A DNA stretch of 63,944 nucleotides, filler included, from Octopus bimaculoides (taxonomy: Eukaryota), in NCBI RefSeq assembly GCF_001194135.2. It is 6 parts of 6 records of this genome, joined end to end, with 100 filler letters (N's around TTAATTAATTAA, not from the genome) between each part and the next. Parts side by side here need not be neighbours in the genome. Positions count along the whole stretch, not along the records: positions 37,903 to 45,641 come from NC_068990.1; positions 45,742 to 51,715 come from NW_026319499.1; 4 more parts are not named here. One strand, written 5' to 3'. A program made the translations under genes and the position numbers. Positions within the stretch are counted from its first letter, which is position 1; each line of letters opens with the position of its first letter. Of this stretch, positions 38,150 to 50,359 are shown one piece after another. The notes below the pieces were generated by a model, which saw only the letters and a program-made list of their open reading frames with translations, was not told the DNA's origin and made no database searches.

Positions 38150-38760
38150 TACAGGTTCATAGCCTGACACTACACACAATATAAATACCTCTCCACATTA
38201 CCTCCCCACATTCCCTTTTCCTTACTAAACTTATGCTTCCACCCCCATATTCTTCCTTTTGCTCCCTCTACTTCTTCTTTCCTTCTTGTCAGAATAACTG
38301 ACCGTATGACTGCTTACTACTATTTCTCACTTGAATTACTTCTTCCTGTCTTAAGGCTTGACCTCTCAACCCTACACACATCTCTCACTTGATTTGGGCT
38401 ATCCTTTAAGTAAACAACGCACAGAGTACTCCGGATATGATATGATATATATCCACCTTTGCTACTACAATTATCTCCGGAAAATACCCACAAGGGTTCT
38501 TTACATGGATGTTTACAGCTGGAATGGAGCTACACTCCAAGTACTGTTTCTTCTTTGTTCTTTTTTCTGCACATCGCTCTCACTTCTTACTACAAATCTC
38601 CTCTTATAGATGTAATAATCCATTCTTCTACTACTACCGTCTCCGATGAAGGGATACATTGGATTTTCCCTGAAACAGCTGTAAGACTTTATCCATAAAA
38701 TAAAATTCTAACTTTGCCATTGGTCTCTTTATCCTTTTCTTTCTTTATACATACACATGC
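38150..38760 (+). mobile_element. Penelope-like pseudo-LTR
   Basis: Pyrimidine-rich block with a hammerhead motif followed by A-rich AATAAAA. Boundaries approximate. Confidence 0.6.
38639..38687 (+). ncRNA. Minimal type I hammerhead ribozyme-like motif (U4C variant)
   Basis: Stem I GTCT/AGAC; core CCGATGA; stem II AGGGA...TCCCT; GAAA; stem III C-AGCT-G with palindromic loop; GUA cleavage triplet. Confidence 0.62.
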
Positions 38761-39890
38761 TAATACACGACCTATGTTATATTCCCCACTCATGTTGCTA
38801 CAACGACAGGGGCAAAACTAGTCGGTATACAGCACTTACTCGGTATTACCTGTATCTTTAGGGTTTGGTTGACTCCAATACCCTTCATAACCTTTATATN
38901 NNNNNNNNNNNNNNNNNNNNNNNNNNNNNNNNNNNNNNNNNNNNNNNNNNNNNNNNNNNNNNNNNNNNNNNNNNNNNNNNNNNNNNNNNNNNNNNNNNNN
39001 NNNNNNNNNNNNNNNNNNNNNNNNNNNNNNNNNNNNNNNNNNNNNNNNNNNNNNNNNNNNNNNNNNNNNNNNNNNNNNNNNNNNNNNNNNNNNNNNNNNN
39101 NNNNNNNNNNNNNNNNNNNNNNNNNNNNNNNNNNNNNNNNNNNNNNNNNNNNNNNNNNNNNNNNNNNNNNNNNNNNNNNNNNNNNNNNNNNNNNNNNNNN
39201 NNNNNNNNNNNNNNNNNNNNNNNNNNNNNNNNNNNNNNNNNNNNNNNNNNNNNNNNNNNNNNNNNNNNNNNNNNNNNNNNNNNNNNNNNNNNNNNNNNNN
39301 NNNNNNNNNNNNNNNNNNNNNNNNNNNNNNNNNNNNNNNNNNNNNNNNNNNNNNNNNNNNNNNNNNNNNNNNNNNNNNNNNNNNNNNNNNNNNNNNNNNN
39401 NNNNNNNNNNNNNNNNNNNNNNNNNNNNNNNNNNNNNNNNNNNNNNNNNNNNNNNNNNNNNNNNNNNNNNNNNNNNNNNNNNNNNNNNNNNNNNNNNNNN
39501 NNNNNNNNNNNNNNNNNNNNNNNNNNNNNNNNNNNNNNNNNNNNNNNNNNNNNNNNNNNNNNNNNNNNNNNNNNNNNNNNNNNNNNNNNNNNNNNNNNNN
39601 NNNNNNNNNNNNNNNNNNNNNNNNNNNNNNNNNNNNNNNNNNNNNNNNNNNNNNNNNNNNNNNNNNNNNNNNNNNNNNNNNNNNNNNNNNNNNNNNNNNN
39701 NNNNNNNNNNNNNNNNNNNNNNNNNNNNNNNNNNNNNNNNNNNNNNNNNNNNNNNNNNNNNNNNNNNNNNNNNNNNNNNNNNNNNNNNNNNNNNNNNNNN
39801 NNNNNNNNNNNNNNNNNNNNNNNNNNNNNNNNNNNNNNNNNNNNNNNNNNNNNNNNNNNNNNNNNNNNNNNNNNNNNNNNNNNNNNNNNA

Positions 39891-40190
39891 ACGTACAGTT
39901 CTTCACAATTAGGGAATTTGATGCAATAGATTAGATTTCTACTTTTGCAGTTCATGTTCGCATTGGTGAATATTTTCCCTGTTTTTGTGTTCATATATGG
40001 GCCAGTATGGATTGATCGGCATGTGCCGCATCGGCTATCATTGCATTTGGATACAGTGAATGTTTGATTTTTGTTGCTGAGGTCAAACCTTGCCTTTGTT
40101 AATAGCTTTTTCAAGTTTTTAGGTTGTCTCTTACTGAGAGTTATATTTTGATCTGTAATGATATTTCTCAATTCCTTACAAATACAAATA
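39891..40190 (-). mobile_element. Penelope-like GIY-YIG endonuclease N-terminal fragment
   Basis: SKRQPKNLKKLLTKARF...KCNDSRCGTC...NMNCKSRNLIYCIKFPNCEELYV, running into a gap. Confidence 0.85.
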
Positions 40191-40896
40191 CAAAACACAT
40201 TCACACTCAAATACAAACGGTGGTGCACCAGCATGACCGCAGCCATTTGGCTGAAACACATAAATAAATAAATAGCAATGAGTGAACACATAGGTGCAAA
40301 GCAAAGTGGAGAAAATAGTTCTCCCACACCAACGAGCAAAATATAAGCTTTTAGGTACTATATACCAAGAAGGTTAACTGGGACGTGCTACTGTCCAATC
40401 TAGAGAGAGATTTGTATCCTAATTGCCTAAAATGACTACAAAGTAATCTAAGGAAGTTTGACAGGGGAAATAACTTATTCAAATTGAAAAGAATTATCTC
40501 CCATATATTTATCCCCCCTTTTTTTTTTTTGATAACCATTTTATATAGATTTTGTCGTTAACGCTGAATATCAAGCAGATGATCTATGCATTGGGGTTAA
40601 TGTCATCGATACTCATTCGTAGGTAAAAATGGTGGGCTGTATGCTGGCTGTATATTGAAATCTAGAGGTGTACGAATGCATTTACAACTGTTTTAACAGT
40701 AGTATTAATTCGTTAAACAGCATTGGACCATCTAGAGTACCTATTGATACGACTGAGCAGATAACTATGTTGATATGAAAGAAGCATCGGCTCCCCAAAA
40801 CACATGTGTTTCTGCATAAACTTCACATTAGCCGAAGTAAAGTTATTCAATGGTGAGTTGGTATAGCACTGCATGCTTGCTCTCTGACATGCGATG

Positions 40897-42422
40897 CACT
40901 AGCGTAGCTAGAGTGTATGCCACCCGCGAAATATTTTTTCCCATGAGAGTTCCGTCTTCAGTTATGAATCATTTGCATACAGCCAATCAGAGCTTAACTA
41001 TCAAACTAATTTATGAGCGCATAACAAGTGAAGGGCGATAAGATAAGGTCACTTGGATAAGGAATGACCATGCTTCTTTTCTTTTTTAATAATGTTTGTT
41101 GTTTTCGTTTTTGTTTCAACCATGGCTACTTCTGCGTAATTATTTGTGTCGTTGTTTACTTTGTAAAACAGTAAGGAGAGAGGGTTGCTCGTACATCACA
41201 CTCTACCCACACTTTTCACATCCACATCTTTACCATATGGGACCCTAACAAAATTCGATTATAGGTATAGATGCAAATCTATCTAATTACTTGTCTCCTA
41301 AAATCAGGCATGACTTGGTGATCAGTCGACTTACATCACCGTTCTTCGTCTTGAGTTTACTTGGTAGAATGTGTTTTACCAATAGATTTGTAAAAACTAA
41401 CACTTCCTTTTTCCGAGCCAAGATTCGAAACCGAATCTAAGGATTCTCGCTCATCTGATCCACTACGGGACAAAAAGGCGCAAAAGAAATTTCTTTGTCC
41501 TGTCAAAAAGTTATGGATGGATTTCTTTTCGACCTACGACCAGAGCCGTGTCATTTAAGGTTCAAGTAGACAGGAGGTGACCTACATAAGTAGAAATTGA
41601 TCCTGTAGTATGTCTGTCCTTCTAGCTGTCCTGACCATCATAAATACAGCAATCCGTCAAAGGACGACAGAAACAGCCATCACCAGACAGCCAGCAAGTA
41701 ACTTGCGCCAGTCAAGCAGCCAACATAGAACGACATGTTCAGCATGAACGACCCAACACAGTAGCAGAAGCAAAACATAATAAGACACTACCGAATGACC
41801 AAGGCAGACACAGACACAAAACATGCCCAGTTCTACCTCATCACATCGACACAGTATTTCCCTTGTTTATTTTCTACTTCACCAAATTGAAGCAAGTTTG
41901 TAATGTCATATAGTGAACCTTTTGGTGTATACAAGTAAATGCAAGCGTCGATTAAATAAATTATTTAAACCACAATCCGATGCTTTCCCATTGTTTTACT
42001 TTAATGTCGTCCACATGCCTATTACATCTACTACTTCAACATCTTTTGCTACACCTTTTCCACTACAGATTGGTTGTTTTTAACACATTCACGCATGTTA
42101 CGTTGGGCTTTGCGTCTAGGCATAATCTGAGAGCTGAACGGATCTGATCCTTCGTTATCCGCATGACAGCCTCTGTGTAGTTGTTTGTGTACAACAAGGT
42201 CAAGGTAAGCTCTGATTGGCTGTATGCAAATAAGTTTATTACTGCGGTTCGGAACACTCATGGGAAAAAATTTCGCAAACCGCCCGGAGCAGCCCTTCTG
42301 TTTTCCGCCCCCGGACCTCACAAAAAAATACATATTGCCTACAACAGACCCAAAAGTGGTGCCCCTTTAAAAGTGCCGCCTGGGGCAGACATCCTCTACT
42401 CCTTCTCCAAGATACGCTAGTG
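40897..42422. mobile_element. Non-autonomous hAT-like element (1526 bp)
   Basis: Termini CACTAGCGTA.../...TACGCTAGTG; 8-bp flanks ATGCGATG (40889-40896) and ATGTGATG (42423-42430), 7/8 identical. Confidence 0.65.
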
Positions 42423-42634
42423 ATGTGATGTAATTCTTGGGTCACTACTAAATGTCCACGTTGATGATAGCTCAAAGGATGCATGCCAATACCAACTTTA
42501 GAGTAAATCTGGCACCTGTGGGTGACAAACAATGGAATGCATTGAAAGTCACATGATGATGTATTTGAGACATAAAGAGGCGTTCATGTTTGGTAGAAAC
42601 ATCACATCAAATGTATACAGCTTAGTAAAGTAAT

Positions 42635-42887
42635 CACTAGCGTAGCTAGAGTGGGGCGGAGGGGGGTGGTCCGCCTCTGATGGCACTTTTATGAGTGGGG
42701 TCTGCTATAAGCTATAAGCCTGTATAGGCTGTATTGAAATCAAATAGTAGTGGTTTTAATCTCGGGACTAGGAAACTACTCAACGTTAAATTCAATATTA
42801 TGTGCTATATGTAATTTTTTGTGGAGGCCCGAGGGCGGAAAAACTGAAGGGCAGCCCCGGGCGGCACACGCTCTAGCTACACCACTG
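42635..42887. mobile_element. MITE of the same family
   Basis: CACTAGCGTAGCTAGAGTG...CGCTCTAGCTACACCACTG. The internal sequence is homologous to the reverse complement of 42280-42422. No TSD is recognisable. Confidence 0.65.
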
Positions 42888-43777
42888 TAGATAGAGCACT
42901 TACTGGGAAGTTATAGATAGGAAAAGAATTTCTTTGTTTGTGGTGTACTGTAGGTTTTGGCCACCATGCATGGTAACCAAATTGCTGGCCCCTTCGACTA
43001 CAGAAAACACATGGATATAAAATGGCCACTTTGTTTAGTTCACTCAAACTACACCTTCCACTTCAAATCATTGCCTTCCATAATTATTATGATCAGCTGT
43101 AATCTAGTCAAAATCAGTAAAAATATCGTCATGTCTTTTGGTACGTCAGATGTCAGTTGTATATTGGGAGACACACTAGATTTAGTTATAAAAACCAAGT
43201 ATAAGATTTAATAATTACACGTTTGTATATGATACATATATAATTCAAAACCACATTAAAATAGAAATCGAAAACCGAAGACATAAAAATGAACGAAGAA
43301 AAAAAAGAAAAGAAAAAAGAAAAGAGGAAGAAAGAAAGAAAAAGAAAAAAGGGGGGAAAGGGAAGAAAGAAGAAAAAAGAAAGAAAGAACATCAAGTCAA
43401 CACTAGTGCTTCAGTTGGTCGCATATTACAAGGTTCAACGGAACCTACTGAAGCAAGCCAAGACGCTCGTGACATTACCGTTGCCGATGGCGAGGCTAAG
43501 GCGTTGGAGATATAATCGAAGGGGTATAATCGAATTTCTTTTAGTGAATGGTGATCAAGTCTAGATTTCAAGGCGTACTTTAAAGATTAGTTTGTAGCTC
43601 ATTAGGAAGTGTTGGAAGTTGCCTTCAATACATGAAGGTGCGTCCTGGATGCCATGCATTGCTAGTGCTGTGTACGAGGTAATCACCAGAAATCCATGGT
43701 CGGGGCTAATTGTTACAGTGTATCAACTTACCCCAGGCATGTAACAACTTACCCCTTCTATTTCAGTTTGACACGCC

Positions 43778-44190
43778 ATGCCTAGAAATTACAAAAGGAA
43801 GACTACAAGGTGGGATACCCCTCCTGATGTCATAGAAAGAGCCGCCAGAAAAGTTGTGGGTGAAAAGAAATCATTACGGAATGTTACCGTAAAATAGCGC
43901 ATAGTGGATGAAATAAACGAACGGAAATCCAAACCAAAGAAGGCAACTGGTACAGAAAAGGCAACAACGGGGAAGGGAAAGTCAACTAAAACAGGTAAAG
44001 GCAAAGGGAAGCAGCCTCGCAGCAAGCAAGTCACCGATTGGCAATGCCTCGTCTGCTCAGATTGATACTCCAACTCCCTTGCAGGTGAAGAATGGGTGCA
44101 ATGCATGATCTGTAAAGAAGGGCACACACTGACTGTACTGGTGGACGACAGGACTTTCTGTGTGATCTGTGTGGCGAGAAGTTAATAGAG
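43778..44190 (+). pseudogene. pogo-like transposon deletion derivative: psq-type HTH joined to a PHD finger, DDE domain absent
   Basis: MPRNYKRKTTRW...AARKVVGEKKSLR followed by a K-rich linker and WQCLVC...EEWVQCMIC...HTDC...FLCDLC (C4HC3). AACTTACCCC-type subterminal repeats at ~43720-43755 and ~44375-44410. Confidence 0.75.
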
Positions 44191-44735
44191 GGCGATTCCG
44201 ACTAGATGGCACATGTAACAATGGGGAAATTAGCTGATGAGGAGACTCAGTATCACAGTTAGGATATGAGGTGGTTCAAAGTTAATTAATTAAAATAATA
44301 CTTCCTAGATGCAAGAAGCAGGAGACGTATTCATTTTAAACTTGTTTGCTAATATAATCCCGAGTTATCGACAGTTGTAACAAAGTACCCCAGTAAGTGT
44401 CACAACGTACCTCGCACTCAGGAAAAATTGTTACAGCTGACACCACCTGTCTAATCAATGCTATGTAATTTCTGTTTTTTGCTGGTGATAACAATAAACA
44501 GAGATGTTTTACCAATTAAATCTGAAAAGAAACTTCAGCTGTGTTTATTTTTGTGAGTGCTAAGGCAAAAAAAATGAAAAATGTAACAGCTAGACCCGGT
44601 CTCCTTTAACTTTTATTTTTGAAAAACATTCTCAGGGCTTCAATTATAACACTTATATTTTTTTAATGCATTGGACTGTTACCTAATTATTCAGCTTATA
44701 CATTGTACCTAGGTAAAGTATTGATTATTTGCCGT

Positions 44736-45004
44736 TGTGGTGTGATGGAGGAAAAAGACAACAAGAAGCAAAAGGACAGAATGAAACGTTGGACCTTACC
44801 TTGTCGACCGCAGCGGAGTACACGATCGCTCCTGATCAGAACACGTCTTTCTCGTAACCTCACCGTTTTCTGACTGACTCCACGTGCTAGCCTTCGACCG
44901 CGTGTCACCGACTTCCGATCTGACCCTTCCGGTCTGGCTTCACCTCTGTTTGCCTCACCCCTCTCCACCACAGCACACAGATCATCACAGCCCATAACAC
45001 CACA
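44736..45004 (-). mobile_element. 3' LTR of a Gypsy-type element (269 bp)
   Basis: On the minus strand it starts TGTGGTGTTATG and ends CATCACACCACA (terminal inverted repeat). It is preceded by the purine tract CAGGGGGGCG. Confidence 0.8.
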
Positions 45005-45027
45005 CGCCCCCCTGATCTATAGATCAT

Positions 45028-45641
45028 TCAACCGGCTCTCCCACTCACTCCTCGCTCCCGAACTACCTTAATTGGTTTCATAATCAGCCAACCAGGGAGG
45101 AGGGTACCGCTCCCTTTGTGGTCGCTGTGTGACCCCGGGACTGCCTGAGTTCCTGGTGCGCTGCCTTCATCATCTTGCCTACTGCTGCTGTCTTCATCAT
45201 CCTGCCCACTGCAGCTGGTTCCATCCTCTGAAGCACTGACCATCTTCCGCACATCCAAAACAGGGCGTGGCATACCATCGACTGAGACGTTGTTCTTTGA
45301 ATTGATGGAGGTTATAGTTCCTTTCCCCCATTGTGATGTGCACCGTGCATTTGGGGGTTTTACCCAAACTTCTTCCTCGATCTGCATGAAGGTGTGCTCT
45401 TCTTCTCCCCGCAGTCGCATTGATGCAATACACGGGTGCCTCCACTCGTACCTGAATATTGCCCTGTGTGGCACCGACTCCTCAGCCTGTCCTGACCTGG
45501 GCGACATATTGTACCGAAATACGGCCTTGATTGACGAAATGTGGCCCCTCTCTGCCATGGTCTTGATGGTACGATGATGCCTTTCCACCACTCCATTTCC
45601 ACTTGGCCGGTATGCCGCCCTGAAGAAGCGGTTGACCTGCC
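45028..45641 (-). mobile_element. Gypsy-type integrase C-terminal half
   Basis: FFRAAYRPSGNGVVERHHRTIKTMA...YNMSPR...VWVKPPNARCTSQWGKGTIT. The 5' part is lost in a gap. Confidence 0.88.
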
Positions 45642-45798
45642 NNNNNNNNNNNNNNNNNNNNNNNNNNNNNNNNNNNNNNNNNNNNTTAATTAATTAANNN
45701 NNNNNNNNNNNNNNNNNNNNNNNNNNNNNNNNNNNNNNNNNACATACAGGTGGATGTCGGTATGCACATACCTGTACGTATATATGCATATACTCATT

Positions 45799-45847
<49 letters not shown>

Positions 45848-46639
45848 TACATGTGTGCATATATATATACATGTGTGTGTGTGTGTGTGTGTATGTATAT
45901 ATATATATGTATGTGTGTGTATATATATATATGCACTGTATTTCAAATTATAAATGATGTAACATTTTTTTATCTTATTTAAAAACTGCTTGTTAGAATT
46001 CAATGAAATTATCACAGAATGATTGTAACAGATCTATGCATGTGCTGTGTAAAAAGTGTTTCTGTGTAAAAACACAGAAACTACAGCCATTTACCAAATT
46101 GGTTTACATAAACTCTTACTGTTTCAAACTATTAGCAAAGTTTAATTAAAGCTCATGTACACAAAAAAATACCAATTTAATTGTTTGATGTACATACTGA
46201 AATGAACACATACATGGAAGAAATAAAAATAAAGAAATAAACAGGTTAGCTGGTTAGTAAGAGATAGTGTGCCAATTTGTTGCAAGTCTACCCATTTATA
46301 GTCTGGAGTAATATGAAATGAAGTATCTTGCTCAAGAACTCAGTTAGTCTGGGAATAGAAACCATGCTCCCATGATTGTGAGTGCAACACTGTAACCACT
46401 AAGCCAATCATGTTCATGGAAGTTGTGCGGTGAATATAAGGGAGAAATAGGGATCGAGGATCGTAAAAAGTTGATGGGCAAGTTTGCAAGAGTGAGAAAG
46501 CAGACTGATGGATGGTTAGGGATGGAAACTGATGTGGACAGAGTGAATGGGACACACAAGCAGAGGTGTGGTCAGTTTGGTCAGGAGTGAAGGAAATAGT
46601 AGTGCATTTAGGTAGACATGTCAAAAAGAATGTACTTAC

Positions 46640-46724
46640 ATAACAACTCAGGTGGTGTGCCAACAGTGAAATATGAACCAGTGGCTTGGGTTATTGCTTT
46701 TGCTGCCTTATAGGCAAGTTTGGT
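46640..46724 (-). CDS. M14A carboxypeptidase exon (TKLAYKAAKAITQATGSYFTVGTPPELL-Y)
   Basis: Acceptor TTGCTTCTCTTCAG, donor GTAAGT, 85 nt, phase 0/1. Ends in the codon for the Tyr248 equivalent. Not in the ORF track. Confidence 0.88.
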
Positions 46725-47231
46725 CTGAAGAGAAGCAAACAAATTTGAACATGTATGTAATATATATATATGTATGCATCCATACATACATATATGTCAT
46801 CATCATCATCATCATTTAAATATGTTTTTGTTAAATATTGTTATTGTTTTTGTAGAATAAAATTTAGAGAAAATAAGCCGCAATAATTATGCACCACCCG
46901 AATATTTATATGTATATATTTGTATGTGTATGGACATGTGAATCTATATGTATGTGTACACGTATGTCTACGGAAGTCTCTACATTCATATGTATGTATG
47001 TATATATGAGTGTATATCATTGAGTGTTAATGTTGTTATATGTGTGTATATATATATATGTATGTAGATATATATATGCATGTATGTATATGCTTTTTTA
47101 TGTGTATCTGTGTACATACGTGTTTGTATGTATATGTGCATATGTATGTGTGTGCATGTATATGTGTGTGTGTATGTATATATATATATATATATAGATA
47201 GATAGATAGATAGATAGATATATAGATATAT

Positions 47232-47655
47232 ATACTCTTTACTCTTTCACTTGTTTCAGTCATTTGACTGCGGCCATGCTGGNNNNNNNNNNNNNNNNNN
47301 NNNNNNNNNNNNNNNNNNNNNNNNNNNNNNNNNNNNNNNNNNNNNNNNNNNNNNNNNNNNNNNNNNNNNNNNNNNNNNNNNNNNNNNNNNNNNNNNNNNN
47401 NNNNNNNNNNNNNNNNNNNNNNNNNNNNNNNNNNNNNNNNNNNNNNNNNNNNNNNNNNNNNNNNNNNNNNNNNNNNNNNNNNNNNNNNNNNNNNNNNNNT
47501 ACGACAGGCTTCTTTCAGTTTCCGTCTACCAAATCCACTCACAAGGCTTTGGTCGGCCCGAGGCTATAGTAGAAGACACTTGCCCAAGGTGCCACGCAGT
47601 GGGACTGAACCCGGGACCATGTGGTTGGTAAGCAAGCTACTTACCACACAGCCAC
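47232..47655 (-). mobile_element. SINE, same family as 985-1412, spanning a gap
   Basis: Reverse complement of the head at 47580-47655 and of the tail at 47232-47282. Confidence 0.8.
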
Positions 47656-47847
47656 CTCCTCCATTGGACACTAAACTCCGCTTGCGAAGACCTGTTGGGG
47701 CAAGCGAAAGCGAAATCGTGATGGCACCACCGTTCGAGCGTGATCGTTACCAGGATTTTAGACTCAGAACATAAAGGATTTCAACCAAACACCACAAATC
47801 CCAATGCATGACAATTATGAATTGTAATAATAATATTGTGAACTTAC

Positions 47848-48044
47848 CAGCACTTCACTGTCCGCGGGCTTCCGTCTGGTAAATGCATATGGAGGCATTA
47901 TAAACTGTGAATAGGAGTGGACAGAGAAGAACCCTATCAAGGGACCTGAAGACTTGATGAAGCGTACAAGGGCCTGGCTTTCAGGCTCTGATAAAGCATG
48001 TTTGCCATGGAAAGTCAGGTTACATTCAAAAGAACTGCTACCCT
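47848..48044 (-). CDS. M14A carboxypeptidase exon (E-GSSSFECNLTFHGKHALSEPES...SVHSYSQ...SEVL)
   Basis: Acceptor TTTTTTCTACAG, donor GTAAGT, 197 nt, phase 1/0. Contains SEPE and the third zinc-ligand motif HSYSQ. Confidence 0.93.
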
Positions 48045-48954
48045 CTGTAGAAAAAAAAAAGACAAATGGATATAAGTTATTGTGGCATTGAATGTAGTAT
48101 ATTCTTTTTTTTTTGTTTTCTTTTGTTTCGGTCATTTGCTGGAGCACAACCTTGAAGGGTTTTAATCAAATAAATCGACCCCAGGACTTAGTTTTTAAGC
48201 CTAGTACTTATTCTACTTATTCTATGTTACAACAACAACTGCTGATGCTGTTGATGATGATGATAACATGCATATCATCATCATCATCATCATTTAACGT
48301 CCGCTTTCTATGCTAGCATGGGTTGGACGATTTGACTGAGGACTGGTGAAACCAGATGGCTACACCAGGCTCCAATCTGATTTGGCAGAGTTTCTACAGC
48401 TGGATGCCCTTCCTAACGCCAGTATATATATATAGAGAGAGAGATAGATAGATAGAAAGATATACACACATACATACACATATATACAAGGATGTGTAGA
48501 CACGTAAGTGGGTCAGGTAGGTAGGTAAGTCAGTGTTAACATATTTAATGCCAGCAACATTAAAGTGCGTATGTGTATACATATGAGCTCCTGCATGAAT
48601 GTTCACACATTCTGTATAGTTTGTTCCACTCTAGGCACAGGGCCCGAAATTTTTTTGGGGGGGAAGGGGGCCAGTCGATTAGATCAATCCCAGTATGCAA
48701 CTGGTACTTAATTTATCGCCCCCCGCCCCCCGCCCCCAAAGGATGAAAGGCAAAGTTGACCTCGGTGGAATTTGAACTCAGAACGTAATGGCAGACGAAC
48801 TACCGCTTTATTATCTCCCCTTCTTCCTAGCTCTCCTGTGTGACCCCTCTAACGATTCTGCCATATTTTGTGTATTGCATGGGAAAAGGGCGAAGCTATG
48901 TAGAATAGTGTTTTCATGACAATGCTCTGCATTTTAGAAAAATCCCATAACAAA

Positions 48955-49180
48955 CACAGGTATGGCTGTGTAGTAAGAAGTTTGCTTCCCAATCACATCA
49001 TTCCAGTTTCAGTCCCACTGTGTGGCACCTTGAGCTAGTGTCCTCTACTATAGCTCTGAGCCACTCAAAACCCTGTGAGTGGATTTGATAGAAAGAAACT
49101 GAAAGAAACCCCTTCATATAAGTGTATATATGTTTGTGTGTGTTTGTCTATATCTGTGTTTATTACCCACCCACTGATTG
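48955..49180 (+). mobile_element. SINE 5' half, diverged
   Basis: GGCTGTGTAGTAAGAAGTTTGCTTCCC...CAGTCCCACTGTGTGGCACC...GTGAGTGGATTTG. Confidence 0.7.
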
Positions 49181-49777
49181 TCAATTGGTTTGATTAAGTA
49201 ACAGTAACATAACCCATTACCTACCAGTGATCTCATATGAAATCACTTAAAAATTACAAATTTCGTAATTATCTGTCAATATTTACACATATTGCTATAT
49301 CTTACTAGGTATATTTCTCTGATATTCAAAAGAGGTTTGCTAATTTTTCACCCAATATCTCGCTTATTTCTATTTAAAATGTTATTTTGATCATTCCAGC
49401 GTGTTTCTAAGGCTGTTTTATGCTAGAAATCAAAGTTTCATAAAAAAAATTCCAGTTAATAGAATTATGGGAGGAAAATGGGTTAATGGTTTGGCTAAAG
49501 AAACTGCTAGAATAAGCAACAGGCTTTTAAAAAAAAAATATAAGTATTAGAATCAATTCATTCAACTAAAATTCTTCAAGGTGCTGCCCCAGCATGGCGA
49601 CAGTCTAATAACTGAAACAAGTAAAAGATAAAAAATACTTGAAAACCAGTAAGGGTTTGCAATAGGAAGGATGTCCAACAGTAAAGCAATGCTTTGAAAA
49701 TATATATTCATCTAACCCATGCCGGTATGGAAAAAATTGGATTAAAAGAAATGAACAGATGTGAAAGCTATACTTAC

Positions 49778-49865
49778 CACCACTCCACCCAGCATCAAAA
49801 TTACGGTTCAGATCGGTGCCCACGCATCTCATGTTTGGTTTCCTGTTTTTCCTCCACATTCTATC
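49778..49865 (-). CDS. M14A carboxypeptidase exon (DRMWRKNRKPNMRCVGTDLNRNFDAGWSG)
   Basis: Acceptor TTTTGCAG, donor GTAAGT, 88 nt, phase 0/1. WRKNR and DLNRNF motifs. Confidence 0.95.
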
Positions 49866-50359
49866 CTGCAAAAGGACCAAGTATCAAGACAGGGCATTTG
49901 GGTTCAATGGCTTAATTGTCGTGAGGATTTTACGGTTGGTAATCTGTTGAACCTCAACACATGCACACAACTATACAAGTGGGGGTGTGCAATGTGTTTT
50001 TGTATGTATTTGTATTTATATGTGGAGGTGCATAGAATATAGAACTGTAAGATCATAAGCTGTAGTAAAGATTGTTTGCCAACATAACATGGCAGTCCTG
50101 GTTTAGGACGAATGTTGCTGTAATTTAGCCCCAGAAGACATCGTCTCCAGCTGGCTATACGACACAATCTGTGTCCTTATATTTTCGAACAAAGGAATCT
50201 AGCACCCCCACTCAGCTCAACACAATATCTGTGTATCGTAATTTCCTGGTTATTTCCCTTCATCAGCACAGAATAATTGTTAGGCGAGAGGTGGCGCTAC
50301 CTAATTCCCGTTAGAAATATATAGTTTTCAAAGTGACATCTAGTCACTGATCCATAAAT

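Noticed and set aside
40894-40901. CACTA terminus with 3-bp ATG duplication suggesting a CACTA/EnSpm element
   Set aside because: The flanks extend to an 8-bp 7/8 duplication and the termini resemble CAGTGGCGTAGC-type ends, so hAT fits better.
50289-50299. AGGTGGCGCTA partial CTCF-like core
   Set aside because: The 5' half of the motif does not match, so chance is likely.
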